NCBI GenBank assembly: GCA_028023455.1
Contig: JAQFVV010000006.1
Location: forward strand, 9,424,001-9,488,000
Length of the DNA: 64,000 bases
Direction of reading: 5' to 3'
Source: Epiperipatus broadwayi
Lineage: Eukaryota; Animalia; Onychophora
Under the pieces are notes generated by a model. It was not told the origin of the DNA. It made no database searches and saw only the letters and a list, made by a program, of their open reading frames with translations. The position numbers were made by a program, and so were the translations under genes. Of the stretch, positions 26,717-38,968 are shown in pieces. How positions within the stretch are numbered: the first letter of the stretch is position 1; each line of letters opens with the position of its first letter.

Positions 26717-28341
26717 TGTACCAATATTGAAATTGGCACATGATGATTTTGCCTAAAAAATTATTAAATAATAAATAAGTTATAAAAATCTAAAAGGTTT
26801 CTTTAGTAAACAAAACCAGTTTGCTGTCAAAAGTAAAATTAAAAAATCAGAGTTTTAAAATAAAAATCTTTAGTAAAAGTTTTTCAAATAAAAATTACAA
26901 TTAATTAATCAGAGGGGGAGAGGGGTGTTTCGTTAGAAAAGATCAAACTAAGGGTTTTATAAAGGGAAGTAAACAGTTTTTCTTATTAGTATTCGTAAAA
27001 TATAAATAATTTAAAGTTTACAAAATACAAGTCTCTTTTCATTCGAATTAAAAAAAAAGTAATCTTATATATGTGCATATATATATGTGCGATTGTCAAT
27101 AATAGAATAAATGTATGCGTAATAAATATTATAAATAAATGAAAGTTAAAAAAGATTATCATTAAAAAACACGGTAATGGCTATTAATTAATTATTAATA
27201 TAAAACAACACTTCTGCATGGCTATTACTAATTAAACAATCTTCCAAAACACGTTGTCAAAGGATTATCAACAGATATTGCCGGAGGATATCGAAAAGAA
27301 AAACACTTCGCAAGTATAAATAGTAAAATTTTATCGGATAATCAGTTCAGTTCACAAATCAATTGAGTCAGTTAATTTCAATCAGTTAAGTTAATTGTAT
27401 CCAGAAACAAAAAAATGCAGTGTTGAGCAGCTTTTGGGAACACGCGTTTCTCCACAGCCTAAAGTCCGATGAAAACAGCAAGATCTGCCTGTGAAATAAT
27501 GTCAGTGTAACAACTTGGAAATCTCCGTCAATATCTAACTGTCTCCAATAGTAATAATCGTGAAAAATAAAGAAACTCATCAAGGAAGCGTCCCGACCGG
27601 CTGGAAGTATGCGTAATGGAAGAAGAAACAAAGTTCTAAATCTACGTTCAAAATCCTAGGTAAAACATTTGCTTATTTTCATTTATACTGTAATAGCCAT
27701 TGCATTGCATTAATTCATAAAGCCTCCAGAGACAAGTAATTTGAACTCTATTAAGCATGCATAAAATGAACTATTGATGTGCGTGTTTGTGAATGTGAGA
27801 TAGTTTATCGATGTCAAATATTATTTATGCTTTCATAAGATATATATATCATAATGTGTTACTTTAAAATGTGCGTATGTTATATTAGTTAAAAAAAATT
27901 ATAAAGATGTTTAAAATTAGTAAATTAATGTTAGTTAATAAATTGTCTTTAAAATTAAACTTTATTTGTCGGTCAATTCTTTTTATAAATTCCTTTTACA
28001 ATTCTTTTATCAAGTCTTTTAACCACTAATTATGTATAATCTGTTAGTGACTACAAACAACTGAGCTAGTCATGGATGCGTAGGCGTTGAGTTAGTGGCC
28101 ATTGTCCAAAGTGCGTTATTTATTCATCCTTGAATAGATAGCTGGCGCCCGTGTCTACATGAAACAAAAAAAGTACTTTGAACTTGGTGTTGAACTCAAC
28201 AGTCGAGAAGAAGTTATGTCCTGGAAATGTAACACTAGTTATATACTTTATAGCTATCGTTTGGGCATACATATTCTCCGAGTATGTTCTTCTCTGCCTA
28301 AGAGGCTGGTGTTTCGAGGACACATATTCGAACCCGGTACA
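26717..28341 (+). repeat. 5' LTR of element 1 (1625 bp)
   Basis: Nearly identical to 30848-32471. Confidence 0.9.
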
Positions 28342-28618
28342 AATGGCTATACCCAACTTGGGGCTGGACCTAAGAAACAATAGTAATTAAATACTTTGTT
28401 TCTTGTTTGAAAATTTTTTATACAAAAGCTAAATTACGTATGTAAAAGTGTTTTAATTTTAAAAAAAAGAATTGACCGAAAACTTTTTTTTCTTTAAATG
28501 AAAAGAGATTTATGTTATTTACGTTATTTAAAATAAATCATTATGTTAAATCTGAGACAATTGGGTATTATGGGCGGAGCTGAAGCGTTAAGATCAGATA
28601 AAAAAATGGACAAAAGGG

Positions 28619-29296
28619 GTGGTCAGCGTGTGTTTCCATCTTAGTAAGAAAAATAAACAGCTCATATTTAAATATTGTTTAAAAATGGAAAAAGAGAAAG
28701 AAGAAATATCTGAGACGCAGATGATGATGAATATGATGCAGAAATTTGAACAAAATCAGCAAGAATTCAAAGCAGAAATACAAGAAATCAAACAAAGTCA
28801 GCAAGACCTCAAAAAAGAACTGTGTAGCCAGTTAGACCTCAAACAAGAATTGTGTCAGAAATTTGAACAAGGTCGGCGAGAACTTAAAACAGAAATTAAA
28901 GAACTCATAGTAGAAGTAAGGAAAATAAGATGTGAAGTTACAGGAAATGTAGAGAAAAATCGAGAGATCGTAGAAGTAGATTTTGTCAAAGAAAATAAGG
29001 AAGTGGAGGTCATGAAAGAGATAATAGAGTCAGATAGTGGTAAATATAGTAGTTTGGAAATAGAAATTAAATTAGAATCAGATAGCGTTGCTACAGAGAA
29101 AGTAGAAACAAATGTAGACCAAGAAATAGAAGAGAGATATAAGTTCAAGGTAGAAAATAGCGTAAAAGAGTTTTTACAAAGAATTAAAAATAAAAGGTTT
29201 AAAGTAAACGTTCGCATTCACTGTAGACATAGATTTAAAATAAAGAGAAAGCGTAAGAAAAAATATTCACGGTTAGGAAAAATACGGAGTCTGTGA
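28619..29296 (+). pseudogene. E/K/Q-rich coiled-coil ORF, probable decayed gag N-terminus
   Basis: 225-codon ORF shortly after the PBS (M at 28685: MEKEKEEISETQMMMNMMQKFEQNQQEFK...). No zinc knuckle or pol motifs seen. Confidence 0.45.
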
Positions 29297-30401
29297 AGCT
29301 TAAAAGTTTTCTAATTTACAAGGCAGAAAATAGAACGGAAAAAGAAAAAGATAAAATAGATTTTAATCGAGAGATAGATGTGAGAATAAGGAGTGTAATT
29401 TATATTAGTGAGTTAGTAGAAAGAAAGAAGGAACTGCCTGACAGTTTAAAAGTTAGTAAACGGGCGAAATAGTAAAGCAAATAAACAAAAAGGACCGGAA
29501 ATGGATAATGAGCACGAATATGATTATTCTAATGTAAATAAATCTGAAAAGTTTAAATCTGAAACTTCATTTAAAACTAAGATCATAAATTTAAAAATAA
29601 ATGAATAATGATAAATGAAATGTTTAAAGTAATAATGATAACAGAGGCTTCATAAAATAAAAGATTTTGTTTTTTTTCTCAACGCACATATTAATTAAGA
29701 AAGAGGTTCGTAAATAAATAAGTAAGTCAAATAGTTAAAATAAAATAGATAAAATCAAGTTAAATAAATAAGTGTAATATATCTGTAGTAAATAATAATA
29801 AACAATGAATCGCAATAAAGTAAAACATTTTTTTTTTCTGAGTACACGCACGATAAAATAAAATAGTTTTGAATATACGTAAGTTAGTAAAAGGAAGTAA
29901 ATAAATGGTTTAAAGTAATCAAGTCCAATAAAATCTTTGTATAATAATAAAGAGCAGTAAAATAAATAGTTTTCTAAGTACACGTACGTTAATATATGAG
30001 GTAAACAAGTGTTTAAAAATAATATTGTAATATAAATAATATTCGTAAGAGTTTAGAATAGTACTGTAAGATTAAATAAATATGTAAGATAATGTTCGTA
30101 ATAGTTCAGAATAATATAAATAAATATGTTAAAGTAATGTTCATGTGTATTTAAAAATAATATTGAGAGGTTAAAATAATATAAGTGAAAGTCAATCTAA
30201 GTTGTATTAGGAATGTATAAGGGTTCAAAACTAAAAGATGAGGGTAGTGTGAAATGTTTTAGTTAAGGTTAAGTTTAAAGCTGTCGACTGGATAAATTTT
30301 AGTCCCCGTAACGGATTGGTAGAGATCATTCCTCTTTTAAAATGCGCACTGAGGACAAGCAAGTCACTTTTCAGGGGAGAATCCCCATATCTCGTACCTC
30401 G

Positions 30402-30590
30402 TTTTCCAAAGCGTAAGTCGGAAATGGACAGTTGAAATTCCTGCCATTCGCAGCGACCTCTTCTTAGTCAAAGTCCGATCAAGAGAATAGGCAATCGTTT
30501 TTCAGAGCGTAAGTCGGAAATGGACAGTTGAAATTCCTGCCATTCGCAGCGACCTTTTCTTAGTCAAAGTCCGATCAAGAGAATCGGCAG
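30402..30590 (+). repeat. 2 x 96-bp tandem duplication inside LTR element 1
   Basis: gcgtaagtcggaaatggacagttg occurs at 30411 and 30507. Confidence 0.9.
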
Positions 30591-30847
30591 CCAAAGCTTT
30601 GTTTATAAAAGATCCCTGTGCCACAAATTAGTTTGTCCTCGTGGTCACTATCCAGGACTCAGAACATTGTAAACAATGCTGCCAGCATAGAAAGAAGAAA
30701 AGTATCATTGGAGATTGCCCTTGGTATGTAAAGTAAAAGATATCAAAAAAGCAAACTTAGAAAGAATAATAAATTAAGATTTAATGTTGTCAGAGATAAA
30801 ATGGTCAAAAATAGACGCATTTTACTCTCAAAAGGAGGGCAGTGTAA

Positions 30848-32471
30848 TGTACCAATATTGAAATTGGCACATGATGATTTTGCCTAAAAAATTATTAAAT
30901 AATAAATAAGTTATAAAAATCTAAAAGGTTTCTTTAGTAAACAAAACCAGTTTGCTGTCAAAAGTAAAATTAAAAAATCAGAGTTTTAAAATAAAAATCT
31001 TTAGTAAAAGTTTTTCAAATAAAAATTACAATTAATTAATCAGAGGGGGAGAGGGGTGTTTCGTTAGAAAAGGTCAAACTAAGGGTTTTATAAAGGGAAG
31101 TAAATAGTTTTTCTTATTAGTATTCGTAAAATATAAATAATTTAAAGTTTAAAAAATACAAATCTCTTTTCATTCGAATTAAAGAAAAAATAATCTTAAA
31201 ACTAGTAATATATGTGCGTATATATATGTGCGATTGTCAATAATAGAATAAATGTATGCGTAATAAATGTTATTATAAATAAATGAAAGTTAAAGAAGAT
31301 TATCATTAAAAAACACGGCAATGGCTATTAATTAATTATTAATATAAAACAACACTTCTGCATGGCTATTACTAATTAAACAATCTTCCAAAATACATTG
31401 TCAAAGGATTATCAACAGATATTGCCGGAGGATATCGAAAAGAAAAACACTTCGCAGGTATAAATAGTAAAATTTTATCGGATAATCAGTTCAGTTCACA
31501 AATCAATTGAGTCAGTTAATTTCAATCAGTTAAGTTAATTGTATCCAGAAACAAAAAAATGCAGTGTTGAGCAGCTTTTGGGAACACGCGTTTCTCCACA
31601 GCCTAAAGTCTGATGAAAACAGCAAGATCTGCCCGTGAAATAATGTCAGCGTAACAACTTGGAAATCTCTGTCAATATCTAATTGTCTCCAATAGTAATA
31701 ATCGTGAAAAATAAGGAAACTCATCAAGGAAACGTCCCAGCCGGCTGGAAGTATGCGTAATGGAAGAAGAAACAAAGTTCTAAATCTACGTTCAAAATCC
31801 TAGGTAAAACATTTGCTTATTTTCGTTTATACTGTAATAGCCATTGCATTGCATTAATTCGTAAAGCCTCCAGAGACAAGTAATTTGAACTCTATTAAGC
31901 ATGCATAAAATGAATTATTGATGTGCGTGTTTGTGAATGTGAGATAGGTTTATCAATGTCAAATATTATTTTTGCTTTCATAAGATATATATCATGTGTT
32001 AATTTAAAATGTGCGTATGTTATATTAGTTAAAAAAAATTATAAAGATGTTTAAAATTAGTAAATTAATGTTAGTTAATAAATTGTCTTTAAAATTAAAC
32101 TTTATTTGTCGGTCAATTCTTTTTATAAATTCCTTTTACAATTCTTTTATCAAGTCTTTTAACCACTAATTATGTATAATCTGTTAGTGACTACAAACAA
32201 CTGAGCTAGTCGTGGATGCGTAGGCGTTGAGTTAGTGGTCATTGTCCAAAGTGCGTTATTTATTCATCCTTGAATAGATAGCTGGCGCCCGTGTCTACAT
32301 GAAACAAAAAAACTTGGTGTTGAACTCAACAGTCGAGAAGAAGTTATGTCCTGGAAATGTAACACTAGTTATATACTTTATAGCTATCATTTGGGCATAC
32401 ATACTCTCCGAGTATGTTCTTCTCTGCCTAAGAGGCCGGTGTTTCGAGGACAGATATTCAAATCCGGTACA
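30848..32471 (+). repeat. 3' LTR of element 1 (1624 bp)
   Basis: Nearly identical to 26717-28341. Confidence 0.9.
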
Positions 32472-32819
32472 ATATATATATAATGCACCTTTCCATTTTT
32501 ATTTGCTCTAAAAGTAGTGTGTAGTATATGTAAGAAAATATGATACATCATAAAAATTGCTATCCAAATTATCACATGAATATTAAAAATTGTATGACAA
32601 AGAACAAACTGAGCAAACTCAATTCTATTACCTTTATATATTTGGAGGTATATTTATTGAAATATATTCGTAAATGATTTTTGAATAACGTACCACAGAT
32701 ACATGATTCACAATTATAATTAAATCTTTTTAAGACACATGGTAATCAGCTTTATTTCTTGATTGTCCTTTTTTAAAGCAGATCAAACTTTCTCTTCGAG
32801 TGCAAACAATAACAAATGA

Positions 32820-33255
32820 ACATCACATGATCACCATTTCTTATGCTCGCTCTTAATTGTTATTCAAACAGGCAAAAATCTCTATACCTATTGCCATTCA
32901 GTGCAAGACACCAAAATGTATAGATACTGAACTGAGTTCAGACCTATACTATATGACTATATAAGCTGATGAGCTTGGATTGAAAATATTATGGTGTTTT
33001 CAATTTGAGTCTCATAGTTTTGTAGTTAAGGAGAGATAAAAAGTGCTGCTGGAGAATTGCATTAGATCCTAAGATCTAGGTGCAGTGCTCTCAGATCCGT
33101 GGCTCCTCACTGACGAAGGCCACAAGCCAGAAACTAGTCTGGAGATATTGGATGAATAAGCACTAGATGGGGATTTTATGCACAAGCCTTCTGGCATCCA
33201 TTGATTACTTTGGCTTGCACTGAGTGGCAATATATATAGAGAGTTTTGCCTGTGT
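32820..33255. mobile_element. Family A foldback with an HHR-like motif in the right arm
   Basis: ctcctca CTGACGA A GGC-CACAA-GCC A GAAA CTAG TC tggaga at 33103-33145. Confidence 0.75.
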
Positions 33256-33748
33256 GAGTAATAAATGAAAATAAAATAAGAACAGCTGAGATTTCATTTC
33301 AATGTGATTGCAATTTGGTTTCCTAAGATTTTATGCGAAAGCTGTGACGAAATCATTATGAATGTCGGCTATTTTTTATTATTTTATTTTTATACAATTA
33401 TTGTCATGTCTTTAGACAAGTTACTGGTTGGTTTCAAAATACGTAATGAAAAAAAAACAAATTTCTCTTCCAAGAAGATTTCAGTGAAGACGGCAAATAT
33501 TAGTCAAAATAGTTATCAACCATATACATGGTGTTTCTAGTTCATAAAATTATACGCAAATATATACATATATAATATAATAGTAATAATAACAAGTCAG
33601 ATGTCACATGATTTATATATAGCTTGCACTTACAAATATGTAAAATTAAGAGCGTGCTAATAACTCTAAACAAGCTTTTTTTTTTATTTATGATAAATGC
33701 TACTACAAGAGAAGGCATTCAAATCATTTTTATCTTGGATTGTCCCCA

Positions 33749-33789
33749 TCCCCAGACCAGTTTCGACCTATGGGTCTCTTCAGTGAGGA
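33749..33789 (-). ncRNA. Minimal type I hammerhead ribozyme (mirror copy, LIMK-sense strand)
   Basis: Reverse complement: TCCTCA CTGAAGA GACCCATAGGTC GAAA CTGG TC TGGGGA. Confidence 0.8.
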
Positions 33790-33912
33790 GTTGGGACATT
33801 AGATCTAAAAAACCAACTCAAGCAAAGCATTTATCTAAAAGATAATTGTTAGAAGAATATCTTTTAGATAAATGCTTTGCTTGAGTTGGTTTTTTAGATC
33901 TAATGTCCCAAC

Positions 33913-33953
33913 TCCTCACTGAAGAGACCCATAGGTCGAAACCGGTCTGGGGA
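33913..33953 (+). ncRNA. Minimal type I hammerhead ribozyme (canonical core)
   Basis: TCCTCA CTGAAGA GACC-CATA-GGTC GAAA CCGG TC^ TGGGGA: stem I 6 bp, stem II 4 bp with G10.1-C11.1, palindromic CCGG stem III loop, GUC cleavage after 33947. Confidence 0.85.
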
Positions 33954-35290
33954 TGGGGACAATCCAAGATAAAAATGATTTGAATGCCTTCTCTTGTAGT
34001 AGCATTTATCATAAATAAAAAAAAAAAAGCTTGTTTAGAGTTATTAGCACGCTCTTAATTTTACATATATAATATAGTAAAAAGATAACTGATCTTCTAT
34101 TCCAAGCTGTGTGTTGTCTCTGAATCAATGCATGTTCTATGTAGTGACATAGTTTAGCTAGTCATTCAAAAAAACTTTAAGACTCTAAACATCTCTAAAT
34201 CGTAAGTTATGATGCGAAATGTATTCTTTCAAAGCGCTCCTTGAAATCTTGCAAATCACTTGAAAACATAAATTGTGATTCTTACCGGGCACATTTTAAA
34301 TGTTTCAGTAGCAATTTTGCTCCATTTAAAACCAAAACGTAATGCTAGCGCATTGTTCTAAAGTGGGTTAAGGTAGGAAATATAGTATCATGTTTTGTAT
34401 CATGTGATTACATCATGCTAATGCCTTAAAATTTTTGTGACGAATAGCTAAATTCATTAAGAGATGGCATTGCAGGCCACTTGGAGGAAAGAACCAATCA
34501 CTAACCTCCTTTTTACTGAGATAAGCTTTGTATATATTCACATAAAACTTGACAGCACTTCATTCTACTTACATATAACAGGTGACACACTAATGTTATT
34601 ACACTTTAACAATACAGTTTATAAAATCATAGCGCTATAAAAATAAATATCTCATTTATATATGTTTAATTTTTAATAAGAATGATGTATTGTAAATTCT
34701 AGAAAATTTCGCAAGCGACATTCATTCAGGCATAGTAAAAATTTAAAGTGATCGCTTAATATCTTCACGCTTTCATTTCCAAATGCTTAAGATTTGCCTA
34801 TACACAAACGTTTGGATAGAAAGAATAGATGGATTCATTCTATTTTTTCACAAAGACTACATCTTGTGTTTGGAAGTGAGAGTATTCATTTATAGTTAAA
34901 AATCCACAAAGCCCATATGCATTAGCTTAATTAATGGCTGATTATTACTATTACAGTTTATAAAAACATAGCGCTATATAAAATAAATATCTCATTTAAC
35001 AAAGTTAATAAAAATTCTTAATTGTAGATGTTTCTTTTTATAGGTATTTCAAGTCAAATGTAATTTCAGCCAACTATACCACAAACACAATTTCCATAAT
35101 TACATATAATAATCAATCTACCACTTCCAACTACACCTGATAGCTTATCTCATGGGTAGGGAGAACAACTCTTCTGGCTGTACCAGACAGTCTGCCTCAA
35201 GTTGGTAATAGTCTTAGCAGTGTCTGGTCCTTATGTGGACTGGCCCAGCTGCGTGGACACATAGCAAATTGCTATCATAAAAATGCTTAC

Positions 35291-35460
35291 TATTGTTTAG
35301 ATTAGCAGAGCTTCTTCTGGGGAACGCGTACTGTATTTATAGCTTAGACAGACATTCTTTATCTAACTTCACTGGAGTCTTCCGATTCAGCGATCGTACT
35401 TGTTTATTGGCCTGTACTAATCATTGGCTATGTGTTTATCTATGCATCAGCCTATTGGCG
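35291..35460 (-). promoter_or_regulatory. Candidate Pol II promoter: 3 x CCAAT, TATAAATA, short exon, GTAAGC donor
   Basis: ATTGG at 35406, 35423 and 35454; plus-strand TATTTATA at 35334-35341; donor GT at 35290-35289. Motif arrangement only. Confidence 0.4.
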
Positions 35461-37618
35461 AGCAGCAAACAATGCTCAATCTGATCAGATAAAGAAGGGT
35501 TTGAAATAGTTCACTTCTGAGGGAAAGGAGAATTATAACATTACCCAACAATGTAATATATGTTAATGAATATTGAATGAACAAAATGAAAAAGAAGACT
35601 TTTACATATATTACATAACTTTACATATAAATAGAGAGGAATGAATTTCATTATATAAATAATAGAGGGTGAGATACGATTACATCATTTAGTTCGTCAT
35701 ATTTTAAAACTGCACTTAACGTTGCAACAAATACTGGTAGATTAATTATTAATAGCAATAACATGGTTGAATAAAATCTACAAACATGATGTTATAATTA
35801 AAGTGGTGTGCAAATATGGGCCAAATTATACTCATGAGTCAAAACATGTATTAAGAAAAAGAATTCAAAAATATGAATTACTGTAAAAAGAAAAAAAATT
35901 TTATAAACAGATTTAAATCTAGATTTGGGCAACATTGTTATTTGCAATGGATGTTTCTGATTTGCCCGTTTTTCTTTTGTATGCTGAAAACGCCTTGAAA
36001 AATTAAAAATCAGACCAGTTGTATTTTATAAATACGATGGATAATTTATTAAATAAGTAATATACTTGTGAAAATATACGTAAATTATAGAAGAGTGGCC
36101 ATTCACATTAAATGATAATATTGTGCAACTTTAACGAAATTCTAATTTTTAAATTTTAACTCTAAATGCTACTAACGATGAAAGTCGTGCTGTAAACTTA
36201 GCTATAATTGTTATTTATTTATATGGTGATATGTTGAGAATTGCGGAGTTAATTATTATGTTAGTACATTGAAAGAGACCGATCCCTGGGTCAATTTGAC
36301 CCCGATGTACAAAGTATCTTTATTTTAAAAACTAAGTATTCTCCTCCATAAATGAATATATTTTATTCAGGCAATAAGCAATGGAATTAATGGCATTAAG
36401 TATCATCAATGTGTTGCGAATTGATAAACATTCATAAATTTCTTTGCATAAACATTTATTTTCAAGTGCCGCTAAATAAAAACAACCTGTTTTTTTTTTA
36501 ACTGAAGATATATTATGGACTGTAAAAACTATACATTAATGTTATTGGATTTCTGTAACATTCCAAAGTGTATATGCATGTTAGGGGCCTAGGACTTATT
36601 ACTGAGAGCATTTGCAAGTTATTCCTATAACCTAAGATTAAAATGCAGGTTGCGTAAACATGGAATTTTTTTTTCAGGTATAAATAATCAACCCAACAAG
36701 TTATCCAATATTGATCAGAAAATAGGTAATTAGTTATATTTAACAAGAGGATAAAACAATAAAAAAAAAAATACTGCTAAAATACTCACACCCCAATAAT
36801 TAGCAAACCTTCTCCTTGAATGTTCCTCTTGGGGATTGCGGAGGGTCAGTTGGTGAGGCTTTTGCCTCAAAGCAGGCTACGTAAAGGCTTTTTACCTACC
36901 TTGATAAGCTTAAATGTGGGGTTATAATGACTATTATACCAATTTGTTAGTACACTTGAAATAACAGAAGTAACCACTTGGAATTTTATATTTTAATGGA
37001 TGAAAACTCCAAGAACATTTCTCATCTCTCTACTTTAATGCCACCTATTCTAAGCTTGAGTTATCTGATGGCAGTGCAATTTAAATATCCCTAGATCGTT
37101 TCTCACTGATAAAGGCAAAAGTCAGAAATCAAGACTGCGAATGGAGATTAAATTGCACTTCCATTTATTAACTGCTAATAACTCAAGGTTACAATAGAGG
37201 GAGCTAAACTAGAAAGAGGGCAGACAAAATTTTGTTAATATAGTAAAGCCTTGAAAGTCAGGTGATATTATATTAAAGGTTTCAACTGATTTGTTTTCTT
37301 AAATACTAAACTACTTTTATTATTTACTGGATAACACTAGAATTATATATATATGATAAAAGGCTGAAATTTTTATTAATGAGATTTAATCATTAAAAAA
37401 AATTGACACCTTTTTATTATGCTTTGACGTTTTTCTAATATAGCTGAAAACGTAAATAATAAACTTCATATTTTGTCAAAATTAAAACAAAAAGTCAAAA
37501 GGAACATCATCAAAGTTCATTACCATTAGAAACCCTTTGTAAATGACCATGGCCATATTAATTCCAGAAGTAAAGGAGGTGGGGGGAGGGACAAAGAATA
37601 AAAAAAATTAAAATGACA

Positions 37619-38226
37619 TGTAAAATGATTATGCAAATCAAGTTATTTAAATTGACTTATATTGTCAAGATGAGAGTGGTGATATTATGGATTATGTAAA
37701 ATGATTATGCAAATCAAGTTATTTAAATTGACTTATATTGTCAAGATGGGAGTGGTGATATTATGGATTATGTAAAATGATTATGCAAATCAAGTTATTT
37801 AAATTGACTTATATTGTCAAGATCGGAGTGGTGATATTATGGATTATGTAAAATGATTATGCAAATCAAGTTATTTAAATTGACTTATATTGTCAAGATG
37901 GGAGTGGTGATATTATGGATTATGTAAAATGATTATGCAAATCAAGTTATTTAAATTGACTTATATTGTCAAGATGAGAGTGGTGATATTATGGATTATG
38001 TAAAATGATTATGCAAATCAAGTTATTTAAATTGACTTATATTGTCAAGATGGGAGTGGTGATATTATGGATTATGTAAAATGATTATGCAAATCAAGTT
38101 ATTTAAATTGACTTATATTGTCAAGATGGGAGTGGTGATATTATGGATTATGTAAAATGATTATGCAAATCAAGTTATTTAAATTGACTTATATTGTCAA
38201 GATGGGAGTGGTGATATTATGGATTA
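37619..38226. repeat. Minisatellite, 8 x 76 bp
   Basis: Unit tgtaaaatgattatgcaaatcaagttatttaaattgacttatattgtcaagat(g/c)(g/a)gagtggtgatattatggatta starts at 37619 and repeats every 76 bp to 38151. Confidence 0.97.
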
Positions 38227-38599
38227 CATCAGCTGGTATCTATAGATTGCTCAAGTTTAGGTTAGATGGCTTTAGTTTCATCAACTAATTTTGGAATCAT
38301 CCAACTAATAACCAGAACTATTTTGGAAATTAGGTTGACACTACTATCTAGAGTTCCTTGATTATTCAAACTCACAATAGATGGCTTTGGGGTAGAGAGA
38401 ATGGATTACTTACTGTTCTTAGTGCTAATATTGAAAGTAAGTTGAAAGTTATATGGTACTGAGTTTGGTATATAATTCATTTATATCTATGTATTCGTAT
38501 GTTGTTTTTTATTCTATTTGTACAGTAATTTATTTTAAATATTCTTTTCTAAGTTTAATTACTGTTTTCTGGTTTAATTTATTATTCATTATTTAATTT

Positions 38600-38968
38600 A
38601 TTATATAACAGAAGAGCAATGCAAAGACATCAGACCACAGTATGGAGAGATGCACATTAGAAATAACAAGAAGAGATCGAAAACAAGGACAAACAGATGC
38701 TACTGACATCATTAAAAGAATTAAGAGAATGGAGTCAAGTTCAATGTATTTCTAGAAAAAGTGAAAGATGGACAGTTGAAATTTTAAACTGGATTCCAAG
38801 AGATTATAAAAGATGTAGAAAGAGACCACAAATGAAATGGATGAATGAAATAAGAAAATATGCAGGGATATGGAGAAGAGGCTAGAGATCAGAGAAGGTG
38901 GATTGAACTTAGAGAGACCTTCATCTTGCAGTGGACTGATAATGGTCGAAAATGATGATGATGATGAC
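38600..38968 (+). mobile_element. RTE-clade LINE 3' fragment with (ATG)n tail
   Basis: RWTVEILNWIPRDYKR...RPQMKW resembles the RTE ORF C-terminus; ends in aatgatgatgatgatga. Confidence 0.7.

Larger units (their letters stand above)
26717..32471 (+). mobile_element. Non-autonomous LTR retrotransposon 1 (Gypsy-like, LARD type; no pol)
   Basis: Direct repeats 26717-28341 and 30848-32471 with TGTAC...GTACA ends; ATAT TSD within a TA tract; PBS-like sequence at 28344-28364; purine tract at 30830-30842; 2.5 kb internal region. Confidence 0.88.
33636..34068. mobile_element. 433-bp near-perfect foldback element (family D) with one HHR per arm
   Basis: The arms differ only by one substitution and a poly-A length; about 13-nt central loop. 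Confidence 0.9.

Noticed and set aside
28855-29217. 120-aa minus-strand ORF
   Set aside because: Antisense shadow of the purine-rich gag-like ORF.
36780-36900. GC-richer patch with two donor-like sites (GTAGGT, GTGAGT)
   Set aside because: No matching acceptor or coding similarity; insufficient support.
37619-38226. Regular repeat array as a CRISPR
   Set aside because: Head-to-tail units with no unique spacers, in a eukaryotic intron; it is a minisatellite.
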